Source of the DNA: a bacterium
Lineage (GTDB): Bacteria; UBA8248
NCBI GenBank assembly: GCA_965199855.1
Contig: OZ241326.1
Location: 2,112,001 to 2,176,000 of the forward strand
Direction: 5' to 3'
DNA length: 64,000 bases
In this document: positions 7,946-17,985 of the stretch, in pieces
Layout: each line of letters starts with the position of its first letter
Position numbering within the stretch: position 1 is the stretch's first letter
The notes under the pieces: generated by a model
The model's database searches: none
What the model was told of the DNA's origin: nothing
What the model saw: only the letters and a program-made list of their open reading frames with translations
Translations under genes and position numbers: made by a program

Positions 7946-10900
7946 TCATCGCTCCCTGCCGCCTTTCGCCCGCCGCCTGACGCGCTTCAGGGCGATTCGC
8001 GCCTTTCGCCGAAGCGCGGCGTCGCCCGCCGTCTTCTCCATCTTCTCATAGACGCGAAGGGCCATGGCGCGCTTGCCCGCCTTCTCGTAGAGCGCGCCCG
8101 CGCGCTCGAGCGCGCGCGCCGCCCACATCTTCTGATCGGGATACAGATAGGTCAACTTCAAATACTCGGCCGCCGCCCGCGGGTCTCCGCGCTCCCGGAG
8201 CATCCCCGCGCGCGCGAAGAACGCCTCCGCCGCCAGCCCGGGCGCGCCCAGCTCGATCGCCGCGCTGAGCGCGCGGGCGGCCTCGGCGTATTCTTTTCGC
8301 TTTCGATGGACTCCGCCCGCCAGGAGCGCGGCCTGGGCGCGCAGGTCGGGCCCCGCGCCGGAGCCCTCCGCCATCACCTTCCCCAGGCGGGAGAGCGCCG
8401 CGCCGCCCTCGCCCAGACGGACGAGGCATCGGCCCAGGATCAGCCGCGCCAGCATCTCGTAGTCGTGGCGCGGATGCGCCCTCAGAAACTCCTCGAGCCT
8501 TCGCCTCGCCTCCGCGCAGCGTCCGATGCCGGCCAGGGTCTCGCCGATGCCGAAAAGTCCGTCGGCGCGGAAGGCGCCGCCCGCGTCGCGCGTCAGAAGA
8601 GCCTCATACGAATCAAGCGCCTTGTCGACGTCCTTCCCGCTCCGGTAGATGCCCGCGATTCGCAGGAGGGCGTGGGCGGCCAGATCGTCGCGCGGGTAGC
8701 GGGCGATGACGTCCCGATACGCCTTCAAAGCCTCCTCCCGGCTCCCCCGCGCGAGGAACACCTCGCCGATTTGAAACGCCAGGGAGATGCTCAGGCTGCT
8801 TTCCGGGTAGCGGTCGATATAGCCGCGCGCCCCCGACAGGAAGCTCTCGCGTTCGCCGAGCTGCAGATGGCTGATCAGGCCGCCATAGACGGCTTCGGGG
8901 AACTTCGGGTGGGAGGGATGGCGCCTCATCATCAGCCGGTAGAGGCGGCTGGCCTCCCGGTAGCGGCCCTCGTTGTAGGAGGCGTCCGCCATGCGCAGAT
9001 GGGCGTCGCCCGAGAAGGGGGATTTCCCGTGAGAGCGGAGGAAGGCGCGGAGTTTCGCGCGCGCCTCGGCGTATCGCCCCAGGCGAAGCGGAATCAGCGC
9101 GAGGAGATACCTCGCCTCGGCGGCCTCTCCGCCCTTGGGGTAGCGCCTGAGAAAGGCGCGAAGGCTCTTGCGCGCCGCGCCGAAGCGCCCGCGCCGGAAC
9201 AGCAGCTTGGCCTTCTGGTAGAGCGCCTCCCGGGCGACGCCGCTTCCCCTGTATTTTTTCTCGATCCTCTCGAAGGAGCGCAGGGCGCCCTCGTAGTTGC
9301 CGAGATTGAAGCGGGCCTCTCCCGCGCGGGCGAGGGCCTCCGCCGCCAGGACGCCGCCCGGCTCGCGCCGGAAAACGCGATCGAAGGCGCGCGCCGCCGC
9401 CTTCCAGTTTCTCCGGCGATATTGAATCCAGGCGAGGCCGCCCAGGGCGCGGTAGAACTCGGGCGCGTCCTCGGGAACCGCCCGGAACGCGCGCGCCGCC
9501 TCCGCGAGTTCTCCGAGCTCGAAGGCCGCCTCTCCATACCAAAGCGCGGCGAGGCCGTCCCTGGCGGCCCCTCCCCCCTTGCCGGGGGCGAAAGCCCAGC
9601 GCCTGAGCACGTCCCGCGCGCCGCCGAAGTCCTTGAGCCGAAACGCCGCGAAGGCCGTCGCCATGGCGGCCGAGCGGGCGGCGCCGCGCTCCGCCCGCCG
9701 CTCCGCGCCGGCGGGGGCGCGCTCGGCGCCCAGGCGCAGGACGCCGTAGGCGCGCTTCACCTCGCCCAGATGGTAGCGGGCGAGGCCCTCCACGATTCTG
9801 GCGGCGCGATAGATTCGGCCGAGCGGAAACTCGTCGCTCACCTCTCCCGCCAGATCGGACGCTTCTTCATAAGCCCCCACGCGGAACAGCTTCCAGGCCA
9901 GCTGGAGGCGAAGGGCGCCGGCGGGCGCCTCCCGGCCGCCGGCGGCGAATTCCCGAAGGCGGGACTCCCATTCCCCGGGCTTCCCGCGAGGCTTCCGCAT
10001 GGCCTCGATTTCGGCGGAAAGCAACGCGGCGCGCGCGGAATTTTCGAGCGGATGCTTCGGGTGGCGGCGCGCGAAGCGGGCGAAGGCGCGCCTCGCGTCC
10101 GCGATCCGGCCCGAAAGCAGCCGCGCCCAGCCGAGGCCGTAGAGCGCCTCTCCCGGGAGCCTCGCGCCGGCGCCGTCCCCTTTGGCGGCGAGAGCGTCGG
10201 CCGCCGCATAGCGCATCTCCGCCCGCGCGTATTCCCCCCGCGCGAGGCGGACGTGTCCGAGAGCGACGAGCGCCCGAAGCGCCAGCCGTTCGCGGAGACC
10301 CGAGAGCCCCGCCCAGGCGTCAATCGCCCGCTTGACGGAGCCCGCGCGCGCCTGCGCCCATCCTTTCAGAAAAGCCGCCTCCTCGTAGGCGAATTTCCCC
10401 CGAACCCAAGTCCCCCCCTCCAGCAGGGCGAGACAGCGCGGATAGTCGCGCGCCCCGCAGCGCTCCTCCGCGAGGGCGTATCGCGCCGCCGCCGCGTAGC
10501 GAAAGCTCTCCTCATTCAGGGGCGTTCGCAGCAGACGCTCCCTCGCGGCGCTCGCCTCGCGGCCCTTTCTCAGGCGCGCAAGCGCTTCTCCCGCCCAGAA
10601 AAGAGCCGCCGCGCGCCAGCGGGGACGCTTCGCGCTCCCGGCCAGCTCCTCGAAAAGGGAGAGCGCCTCTATCGGCGCGCCCTTTCGCAGGTTGGCGAGC
10701 GCCGCGCCGAACCGATCGCTCTCATCGGCGAAGAGGAACCGCGCGAGCCCCCCCGGCTTCGGCTTCTCCTCGCGGGGAAGCGGGCGCGGCGGCAGGCGAA
10801 CGGGAGGAATTTCCGGCTCGATGAAAACGGCGGGAAGGCGAACGCCCAGCCGCCCGGGCGGCCGGGGGCGCACGCGGGAGGCGATGAGGCGCTCGATGTC

Positions 10901-11044
10901 GGGAGATTCCACCACGACTTCGGGCAGGGAGACGGACAGCCGCTTCCCCTCGGCCGCGCCCGCGCCGCCGAGGCAGACGCAGAGGAAGACCAGCGCGCCC
11001 GGAAGAAGCCCGCGCCCCGAACCGCCCGCGAAGACTCGCATCAT
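7946..11044 (-). CDS. Large exported TPR-repeat protein (about 1030 aa)
   Basis: Signal-peptide-like N-terminus; many A(L)(Y/F)xxG...Y..A...Y.....YP TPR units; co-oriented with exbB. Confidence 0.8.
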   Translation of the reverse strand: MMRVFAGGSGRGLLPGALVFLCVCLGGAGAAEGKRLSVSLPEVVVESPDIERLIASRVRPRPPGRLGVRLPAVFIEPEIPPVRLPPRPLPREEKPKPGGLARFLFADESDRFGAALANLRKGAPIEALSLFEELAGSAKRPRWRAAALFWAGEALARLRKGREASAARERLLRTPLNEESFRYAAAARYALAEERCGARDYPRCLALLEGGTWVRGKFAYEEAAFLKGWAQARAGSVKRAIDAWAGLSGLRERLALRALVALGHVRLARGEYARAEMRYAAADALAAKGDGAGARLPGEALYGLGWARLLSGRIADARRAFARFARRHPKHPLENSARAALLSAEIEAMRKPRGKPGEWESRLREFAAGGREAPAGALRLQLAWKLFRVGAYEEASDLAGEVSDEFPLGRIYRAARIVEGLARYHLGEVKRAYGVLRLGAERAPAGAERRAERGAARSAAMATAFAAFRLKDFGGARDVLRRWAFAPGKGGGAARDGLAALWYGEAAFELGELAEAARAFRAVPEDAPEFYRALGGLAWIQYRRRNWKAAARAFDRVFRREPGGVLAAEALARAGEARFNLGNYEGALRSFERIEKKYRGSGVAREALYQKAKLLFRRGRFGAARKSLRAFLRRYPKGGEAAEARYLLALIPLRLGRYAEARAKLRAFLRSHGKSPFSGDAHLRMADASYNEGRYREASRLYRLMMRRHPSHPKFPEAVYGGLISHLQLGERESFLSGARGYIDRYPESSLSISLAFQIGEVFLARGSREEALKAYRDVIARYPRDDLAAHALLRIAGIYRSGKDVDKALDSYEALLTRDAGGAFRADGLFGIGETLAGIGRCAEARRRLEEFLRAHPRHDYEMLARLILGRCLVRLGEGGAALSRLGKVMAEGSGAGPDLRAQAALLAGGVHRKRKEYAEAARALSAAIELGAPGLAAEAFFARAGMLRERGDPRAAAEYLKLTYLYPDQKMWAARALERAGALYEKAGKRAMALRVYEKMEKTAGDAALRRKARIALKRVRRRAKGGRER

Positions 11045-11058
11045 CCCGCCTCTTTTTT

Positions 11059-13719
11059 TCACCGGAGCATCGGGACGCGGCTTTTCATCTTCCTCTCGCG
11101 CTCCCGCACCGAGGCCAGATAGGATTCGAGCCGGAGGATTCTCGCTCTCGCCCGCCTCGCCTCCTCCCCCACGCGGGCGGGAGCGTCCCGGCCCGCGAGC
11201 GCCGCGATGCCCCGGTAGTGCTTGATGGCCGCCTTCCATTCCCGCCGCGATTCCCGAATCGAAGCCGCCCGCCAGGCGGCGGAGCGCGCCCATTCCTCCT
11301 CTCCCGCGCCCAGACGCGGAAGCGACTCATAGAGTTCGAGCGCCTCCGCCTTCGCGCCGTCCCTTTCGAGCCAAAGCGCGACCTGAAGCCGCGCGGGGCC
11401 GGAGACGTTCGCGTCCTTCGATTTGGAAGCGGCGCGAAAGGCCCGCAGCGCGGCTTCCGGCTTCCCTCTCCTCAGTTCGAGCGCGCCCAGCCGCAGGGCC
11501 GCCGCGGCCGCCTCGCCGCTTCGGGGAAACCCGGCTACGAAGCGGGCGTAGGCGCCGGCGGCCTCATCCACGCTCCCCATATTCTCGAAAACCTCCGCCA
11601 GCTCCAGGGCCGCCGCGGCGTCCTTCGGCGCAAGCGCCACAACGCGGCGCAGCTCGTCGGCGGCTTCCGCCAGATTCTTCCGCCGGAGAAAGCACGAGGC
11701 CCGAAGGCGGCGCAACGCCAGCCTCCCCTCCTTCGACGCCGCGAGGCGCAGCGCCCGCTCCGATATTTTCAGCGCGCGTCCGCATCCGCCGCCCCGAAGC
11801 GCCGCGAACGCCCAAAGCGCGAGCCCCTCGCCGGGGTCGGGCGGGGCGAGCGCGTCCCAGGAGGAGAACGCCGCGTCCGCGCCCTTCCAGTCGCGCGAGT
11901 CGGCCGCGGTCCGCGCCAGAAAATACCAGATCGCGCGTCTCCTCGGAGCGCTCACCTTCTCGTCGTGGGCGAGCGGCAGGAGCGCCGCCCGCGCCTTTTG
12001 GAAATCGCCCCGCTCGCGGTGGAGCGCGCCCATATTCAGGCGCGCCTCGCGCCTCAACTCCTCGGGGAGAAGGGGCAGCGCGTCCTGAAAGCGCCTCAGC
12101 GCCTCTCGCGCGTCTCCGCGCCTCCGCGCCGCCTCGCCCAGGCGATACCGCGCCCGCGCGGCGAGGGCGGGAGGGCCTTCGCCGAGGAGAACCTGGCGGA
12201 AGCGGCGCGCGGCCTCCTCCAGTTCGCCCGCCTCCCAGGCGCATTCGGCTCTCAGGAAGGCCGTCTCCGCGCGCGAGCGCTCGGGGACGAACTCTTCGGG
12301 AACCATCTTCAGCAGCCCGACGGCGCCCGCGCAGTCCTTCCGCGCCCCGTGAATGGACGCCGCCCGCAAAACGCCCTGATAGACGGCTCGCGCGAGCCCG
12401 GGCTCGATCTTTTTCCCCGATTCCCGAAGCCCGCGGAACGACCGGAACGCCTGCCGATACCGCGCCAGAACCTCCTCCTCCCGCTTCGCGTCCTTCTCGG
12501 CCATGGCGGCCAAGCGAAGCCCCGACCACACCGCCTCGAGCGCGTTCGGCGCGCGCCGGACGACCTCTCGATACTGGCGCGCGGCCTCTTTCTTCATCCC
12601 CGCGCCGCGCAGGCAGTCCGCCAGCCGGAGCCGCCCGGCGAGAGAAAGCGGGGCGCCTCCCTCGAGGGCGCCGAGGGCGGAAGCGAGATATTTCCCGCCT
12701 TTTTTCCGACAGCCCCCCGCCTTTTTCACGCTTTCGAGGAAATGCGGGAGATAGCCGCCCCCATCGGGGCGGCGGCGCAGCAGGCGCCGGTAGGCTTCGG
12801 CGGCTTTGGCGTGCTCGCCCGCGCGCCGCCAGGAAGACGCCAGCCCCCGCTCCGCCGTCGCGCGCTGCGCTTTGGAGAGCTTCATCCGCAAAACGGCGGC
12901 GAACGCCGCGCCCGCGTCCTCGTATTTCCTCCGCCCGAAGAAGCTCGCGGCCTGGGCGAGCCTCGCGCCGGCGCGCTTTTTCTCCCGGGGATATTTGCGG
13001 AACAGGGCGGCGAGGGTATTCCCGGCCGCCTCGAACTTCCCGAGCCGCAGCCGGATTTCCGCGAGTCTCGACATGAAGGCGCGCGCGCGCGGATTTTCGG
13101 GAAAGCGGCGCAGGACGGACGCATAGGCCCTCTCCGCCGCGCGGGGGCGCGGGACGCGATCCAGGGCGACGGCGCGCTCGAAGAGGGCGGCTTCCGCTCT
13201 CGGATCCTTCGGCGCGGAGGCGAGGAAGGCGTCGAGGGCGGCGACCGCGTCCGGCCACCGGCGCGCCGCCAGCCCGAGCGCGGCGATTCTGTAGAGCGCC
13301 TCCGTTCGCCAGCGCCCGGAGCGGACGGAGGCGTAGGCGCGCGCGGCCTCTTTCGCGCTCCCGATTCTCTCGGCGAGCTCCCCGACCCGGAACCGCGCCT
13401 CATCCGCCCTTTCATGCCCGGGATGCCGCCGCAGAAGCGTCCGATAGGCCGCCGCCGCCGCCCGAAGCCGGCCGTCCCGGCGTAGCGCCTCGGCGAGCAG
13501 ATACCGGACGCGGGGGGCGTCGGCGCGCTTCCCCGCCTGGTCGAGATAGGCGCGAAAGGCGTCCGCCGCGGGCTCGAAAAGCCCGTCCCGGTAGAGGTTC
13601 AGGCCGAATTCGAGATGGGCGCGCGGGCTCTCCTTCGTCTGCCCCAAGGCGAGGGAATGCGGGAGGGCGGCCATCGCCAACAGGGCGAGCGCCGCAATGG
13701 CCGGGAGCCTAGCCCGCAC
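11059..13719 (-). CDS. Large exported TPR-repeat protein (886 aa)
   Basis: Signal peptide ending ALG-Q; GLNLYRDGLFEPAADAF and repeated TPR helices; overlaps panC stop. Confidence 0.8.
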   Translation of the reverse strand: MRARLPAIAALALLAMAALPHSLALGQTKESPRAHLEFGLNLYRDGLFEPAADAFRAYLDQAGKRADAPRVRYLLAEALRRDGRLRAAAAAYRTLLRRHPGHERADEARFRVGELAERIGSAKEAARAYASVRSGRWRTEALYRIAALGLAARRWPDAVAALDAFLASAPKDPRAEAALFERAVALDRVPRPRAAERAYASVLRRFPENPRARAFMSRLAEIRLRLGKFEAAGNTLAALFRKYPREKKRAGARLAQAASFFGRRKYEDAGAAFAAVLRMKLSKAQRATAERGLASSWRRAGEHAKAAEAYRRLLRRRPDGGGYLPHFLESVKKAGGCRKKGGKYLASALGALEGGAPLSLAGRLRLADCLRGAGMKKEAARQYREVVRRAPNALEAVWSGLRLAAMAEKDAKREEEVLARYRQAFRSFRGLRESGKKIEPGLARAVYQGVLRAASIHGARKDCAGAVGLLKMVPEEFVPERSRAETAFLRAECAWEAGELEEAARRFRQVLLGEGPPALAARARYRLGEAARRRGDAREALRRFQDALPLLPEELRREARLNMGALHRERGDFQKARAALLPLAHDEKVSAPRRRAIWYFLARTAADSRDWKGADAAFSSWDALAPPDPGEGLALWAFAALRGGGCGRALKISERALRLAASKEGRLALRRLRASCFLRRKNLAEAADELRRVVALAPKDAAAALELAEVFENMGSVDEAAGAYARFVAGFPRSGEAAAAALRLGALELRRGKPEAALRAFRAASKSKDANVSGPARLQVALWLERDGAKAEALELYESLPRLGAGEEEWARSAAWRAASIRESRREWKAAIKHYRGIAALAGRDAPARVGEEARRARARILRLESYLASVRERERKMKSRVPMLR

Positions 13720-14563
13720 CGCCGGGCTCCAGGGCGACGTTGTCGATCAGCCGGGTCGCGCCGATGCGGGCGGCGACGGCCATCCGCGCGGCGGCGGCGA
13801 CTTCCTCCACCGCCTCGAGCGTCGCCGGATGCACGATTTCGACGTAATCCACTTTCGCCCCGGCCTTTTCCAGCTCGGCGGCGCAGGCCTCTATCAGGCG
13901 GGCGCAGCGCCTCTCCCCGGCCGCCGCCCTCTTGCGCGCGCGGAACAGGGCGGCGCTGAGGGCGCGCGCGCGCAGGCGCTCCTCCGCGGACAAATAGGCG
14001 TTCCGGCTGCTCAGCGCCACGCCGTCCTCCTCCCGGACGATCGGGCAGGCCACGATTTCCACCCCGAGGTTCAGGTCGCGCGACATCCGCTCGATCAGGA
14101 CGAGCTGCTGATAGTCCTTCTCGCCGAAATACGCCCGGTGCGGAAGGCAGGCGGCGAACAGCTTGAGCACGACGGTGGCCACGCCCCGGAAGTGTCCCGG
14201 CCGATGCGCCCCGCAAAGACGCCCTCCCAGCCCGGGGGCGTCCACCCAGGTGTCGTATCCCTCGGGATACATGGCCTCCGCCCCGGGCGCGTAGAGGAGG
14301 CGCGCGCCCGCCTCCCGGCAAGCCCGCGCGTCCGCCTCGAAGTCGCGGGGGTAGGCCCCGTAGTCCTCGCCGGCGGAGAACTGCGCCGGGTTCACGAAAA
14401 CGCTCACGACGACGGCGCCGCACTCCGCCCTCGCGCGGGCGATCAGGCTCCCGTGTCCCTCGTGCAGCGCCCCCATCGTCGGCACCAGGCCTAGGGGCGC
14501 CTCCGCCCGCCTGAGCGCCTCCGCCGCTTCGCGCATCTCCCGTGGGGCGTTGACGACTCGCAT
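13709..14563 (-). CDS. panC: Pantoate-beta-alanine ligase
   Basis: VPTMGALHEGH, FVNPAQF, RPGHFRGVATVV, FGEKDYQQ, ALSSRN, RLIDN. Confidence 0.96.
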   Translation of the reverse strand: MRVVNAPREMREAAEALRRAEAPLGLVPTMGALHEGHGSLIARARAECGAVVVSVFVNPAQFSAGEDYGAYPRDFEADARACREAGARLLYAPGAEAMYPEGYDTWVDAPGLGGRLCGAHRPGHFRGVATVVLKLFAACLPHRAYFGEKDYQQLVLIERMSRDLNLGVEIVACPIVREEDGVALSSRNAYLSAEERLRARALSAALFRARKRAAAGERRCARLIEACAAELEKAGAKVDYVEIVHPATLEAVEEVAAAARMAVAARIGATRLIDNVALEPGGAG

Positions 14564-14675
14564 GGGGAATCTCGGATGAAAACGGGCGGCGGGGCATCAT
14601 CTCAAACCTTCGGGGGAGATGACAAGGAGGGACGAGCCGGGGCGTCGGGTCGGATCGCGTCTCACCGCCGCGCCG

Positions 14676-14837
14676 GGGGCCGCCCCGCAATTCGTGAACC
14701 GCCCGTTGCGATGATCGCCCACAGATCGGGCTCCGCCCCCGACGTGCAGGGACAGGTCGCGACCTGTCCCTACGGAATGTTCGCGCGTCGGCGGGATGAG
14801 AACCCGGCGCGGACAACAACGGGGGATTGTCCCTGCG
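14676..14837. repeat. Cluster of GTAG/CTAC-type REP-like hairpins
   Basis: Perfect palindrome GGGACAGGTCGCGACCTGTCCC-TAC within 14746-14773; 14676-14710 is the reverse complement of about 35118-35152; 14788-14837 resembles the reverse complement of 27354-27400. Confidence 0.7.
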
Positions 14838-14911
14838 AACCCAATCCGTTCGCCCGCAATCAACCGCCGAAACATCGACTGCCCGGAAGGGACATTCCCG
14901 CCCCCGCGCCC

Positions 14912-15418
14912 TCACCTCTCCTCCGGCAGCCTCTCCACCCAGGGGCCGTCCGGAGGGAGGGCGGCGAGAAGTTCGGAGACGGAGCGTCCGAGGACGGGAT
15001 GCGCGAGGTCGGGAGCGAGCTCGGCCAGGGGGGCGAGGGCGAAGCGCCTCTCGCCCAGCCTCGGGTGCGGAACCCTGAGGCCCGGCGCGCTGACGACGGC
15101 CGCGCCGTGGAGGAGGAGGTCGAGGTCGATGACGCGGGGGCCCCACCGCTCCTTCCGCTCGCGCCCCAGCCCGCGCTCGACCTCCAGAAGCAGGGCGAGC
15201 AGTTCCGCGGAAGGCATGGCGCATTCCAGCTCGAAGACGGCGTTGACGAAGGGAGGCTGGGGGATGGGCCCCACGGGCTGGGCGCGATAGAAGGAGGACG
15301 CGCCCAGGAGCCGGACCCCGGGGCTTTTCGCCAGCGCCTCGCGCGCCCGGCGAATCTGGCGGATCGGCTCGCCCAGGTTCGCGCCCGCGCCGATGAAGGC
15401 GCGGGCCTTCGGGGTCAA
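14912..15418 (-). CDS. folK: 2-amino-4-hydroxy-6-hydroxymethyldihydropteridine pyrophosphokinase
   Basis: AFIGAGANLG, QPPFVNAV, RWGPRVIDLDLL, VPHP; TTG start overlaps dapL stop. Confidence 0.92.
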   Translation of the reverse strand: MTPKARAFIGAGANLGEPIRQIRRAREALAKSPGVRLLGASSFYRAQPVGPIPQPPFVNAVFELECAMPSAELLALLLEVERGLGRERKERWGPRVIDLDLLLHGAAVVSAPGLRVPHPRLGERRFALAPLAELAPDLAHPVLGRSVSELLAALPPDGPWVERLPEER

Positions 15419-16590
15419 AAGCCCGCCTTCTCGATTCTGGCGAGCGCCTCCCGGAGCCTCTCCTCGGGAACCGTGAGCGCCATGCGGACGTATCCCTCTC
15501 CGGAGGGGCCGAAGCCGTTGCCCGGCGTCGTGACCACCCCGCAGTTCCGGAGAATATGCGCCGTGAACTCGCTCGACGTGAAGCGCTCGGGGCACCTCAC
15601 CCAGACGTAGAAGGTGGCCCGGGGCGTCGCCGCCTCCAGCCCGATCCGCCTGAGTCCCTCGACGACCACGTCTCGCCTGCCCTGGTAGATCCTCCGCATC
15701 TCGGCCACGCAGCCCTGATCCGCGCTCATCGCCCTGACGCCCGCCTCCTGCACCGCGCCGAAAACGCCCGAGTCCACATTCGTCTTGACGGCGCCCAGGC
15801 CGGCGATGACCTCCGCGTTTCCGACCGCGCAGGCGACGCGCCAGCCCGTCATGTTGTAGGTCTTCGAGCAGGAGTGGAACTCGACGCCCACCTCCTTGGC
15901 GCCCTCCGCGTTCAGGAAGCTGACGGGCTCGTAGCCGTCGAAGGCCATCTCGGAATAGGCGTTGTCGCTGCACACGATGACGTCGTAGGAGCGGGCGAAC
16001 TCCACGAGCGCGTCGTAGAAGTCCGTCTCCGCGCAGGCGGCGGTGGGGTTGTTCGGGTAGTTGACGAACAGGAGCTTGGCGGCCTTCGCCACCTCGGAGG
16101 GAATCGCGCCCAGATCCGGCAGAAAATCATTCTCCGTCGTGAGGGGCATGAAGTGAACCTTCCCGTCGGCGAAATACGTCCCGATCTCATAGACGGGATA
16201 GGCCGGGTCGGGCACGAGCGCGTAGTCGCCCGGGTCCACGAACGCCAGGGGCACGTGGGCGATGCCCTCCTTCGAGCCGATGAGGGAGAGCACCTCGGAG
16301 GCGGGGTCGAGCGAGACCCCGAAGCGCGAGCGATACCAGTCGGCGCACGCCTTGCGATAGGCCGGCATCCCCTCGTAGGAGGGATACTGGTGATTCGAGA
16401 CTTTCCGCGCGGCGGCTTCGAGTTCCTCGATGACGTGGTCGGGGGTCGGCAGGTCGGGATCGCCGATGCCCAGGCTGATGATGTCCATGCCCGAATCGGC
16501 GACCTCCTGCTTCATCCTGTCGATTTCGGCGAAGAGGTAGGGAGGCAGGCGCTTCAAGCGCCGCGCGCGTTCGATCCTGATTGACGCCAT
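15415..16590 (-). CDS. dapL: LL-diaminopimelate aminotransferase
   Basis: LPPYLFAEID, SLGIGDPDLPT, LIGSKEGIAH, NYPNNPT, SCSKTYNMTGWR; near other dap genes. Confidence 0.88.
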   Translation of the reverse strand: MASIRIERARRLKRLPPYLFAEIDRMKQEVADSGMDIISLGIGDPDLPTPDHVIEELEAAARKVSNHQYPSYEGMPAYRKACADWYRSRFGVSLDPASEVLSLIGSKEGIAHVPLAFVDPGDYALVPDPAYPVYEIGTYFADGKVHFMPLTTENDFLPDLGAIPSEVAKAAKLLFVNYPNNPTAACAETDFYDALVEFARSYDVIVCSDNAYSEMAFDGYEPVSFLNAEGAKEVGVEFHSCSKTYNMTGWRVACAVGNAEVIAGLGAVKTNVDSGVFGAVQEAGVRAMSADQGCVAEMRRIYQGRRDVVVEGLRRIGLEAATPRATFYVWVRCPERFTSSEFTAHILRNCGVVTTPGNGFGPSGEGYVRMALTVPEERLREALARIEKAGF

Positions 16591-16877
16591 GGAGTCCCTC
16601 ACGGAAGGATGATGGGTGAACGCCGCGGCGGCGGTCGGCCGCACGGGCCTTCAAGCGGCTCCACGGGCTCGGGAGCCGGGTTCGACGCGGGCGAGCCTAG
16701 CACGCCTCCCCCGGGCGCGGCAAGGCGCGCCGCCCCCCCCCCGCTCGCCTGATTGCGAACGCCCCCGCTCCTGGCGTATCCTGTTGCCTCCCGGCGGGGA
16801 AAGGTGCTAGCATCCCCGCCGGAGAAAGCGAGCGGAACGCGCGAGGCGCCCGAATCCCGACGAAGGAGCGCGATTCG

Positions 16878-17870
16878 ATGACCCACGTCATCGCCGAACC
16901 CTGCATCGACACGAAGGACACCGCGTGCGTGGACGTGTGCCCGGTGGACTGCATCCACCAGGCGGAGGACGGATCGAGCCCGATGCTCTACATCGACCCC
17001 GTCGAGTGCATCGACTGCGCGGCGTGCGTCCCGGCCTGCCCGGTGGACGCCATTTTCGCGGAAGGCGACCTGCCCGCCAAATGGAGCAAATACACGCAGA
17101 TGAACGCGGATTTCTTCGCGGGCGAGGCCGCCCCCGCGGCGGCCGGGGCGGGAGCGACCGCCTCCGCCGCGCCGGCGAAGAAAAAAGCGGAGCCGGAGCC
17201 CGAGCCTTTGCCCGAGCCTCTGGAGCTCGCCCCCGAGGAGATGTACAAGCAGCTCTCCGAAATCCGGGAGGACGTGGCCGCCAACCGGGGCAGGGAGGAA
17301 GGGGACAAGGGCGCGGCGAGGAGGTCTCCCTCCCTCGTCCTGCTGGCGGCGGCGGCGATATTGCTCATGATCTACGGCATCTCGAACAATTTTTCCAAAA
17401 CCGTCAACGCCAGCGTCTATGGGAAGCTGAGCGCCTTCGCCCTGGGGAGCAGGAAGCCCACCCTCTCGGGCGGCGTCTATTCCGTGAACCGGGTGATCGG
17501 GGGCGAAAAATACACGCTGCTGGTGTCCGATTCGATATTCGGCGGAAGGACGCTCAGGCTCCAGGCGCCCACCGGCCCGATTCAGAAGATCTACCACGAG
17601 GACGAGAAGTTCTTCTCGAACGTCTCGAACCAGTACAGCCGCTACTACTACACGTTCGTGGACGAGAAGAGCGACGGAACCGTCGATTCCATTCTTCAGG
17701 TGCGCGAAATCTGGAGCCGGGAGAACCGCTTCCTGGGCCGGTATCACAACCCGATCGCGCCGAGCCCCGAACTGCAGGAATCCTACCGGAACGCGGCGAG
17801 AACGCTGGCGAAGGGAATCGGCCTCATCAAGCCGGACGCCCGGGGCGAGGCGCGCCCCGCCGCTTCGTAG
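16878..17870 (+). CDS. 7Fe (FdxA-type) ferredoxin fused to an Ala/Pro linker, a TM helix and an unknown C-terminal domain
   Basis: PCIDTKDTACVDVCPVDCI...CIDCAACVPACPVDAIF, then about 250 further in-frame codons including hydrophobic SLVLLAAAAILLMIYGI. Confidence 0.8.
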   Translation: MTHVIAEPCIDTKDTACVDVCPVDCIHQAEDGSSPMLYIDPVECIDCAACVPACPVDAIFAEGDLPAKWSKYTQMNADFFAGEAAPAAAGAGATASAAPAKKKAEPEPEPLPEPLELAPEEMYKQLSEIREDVAANRGREEGDKGAARRSPSLVLLAAAAILLMIYGISNNFSKTVNASVYGKLSAFALGSRKPTLSGGVYSVNRVIGGEKYTLLVSDSIFGGRTLRLQAPTGPIQKIYHEDEKFFSNVSNQYSRYYYTFVDEKSDGTVDSILQVREIWSRENRFLGRYHNPIAPSPELQESYRNAARTLAKGIGLIKPDARGEARPAAS

Positions 17871-17892
17871 GGGCGGTTCGCACGAACCGCCC
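17867..17892 (+). repeat. GTAG-type REP-like hairpin overlapping the stop codon
   Basis: GTAGGGGCGGTTCGCACGAACCGCCC; near-identical to 30056-30079. Confidence 0.7.
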
Positions 17893-17985
17893 GTCGGGAA
17901 CGGTCGCCCATGGACGACGGGGGCGCGGGCCCGCTTTGACGGCGCGGAGCGGCAAGGCGGGGTGGACGAGCGCCGCGGCGGGCGG

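Noticed and set aside
7793-13485. Very long plus-strand ORFs (7793-11122, 11218-13485)
   Set aside because: Antisense shadows of the TPR genes in high-GC DNA; Arg/Ala/Pro-rich with no motifs.
16591-16877. Lysine riboswitch or tRNA in the dapL-ferredoxin intergenic region
   Set aside because: A GGTTCGA string is present, but no cloverleaf or L-box consensus could be built.
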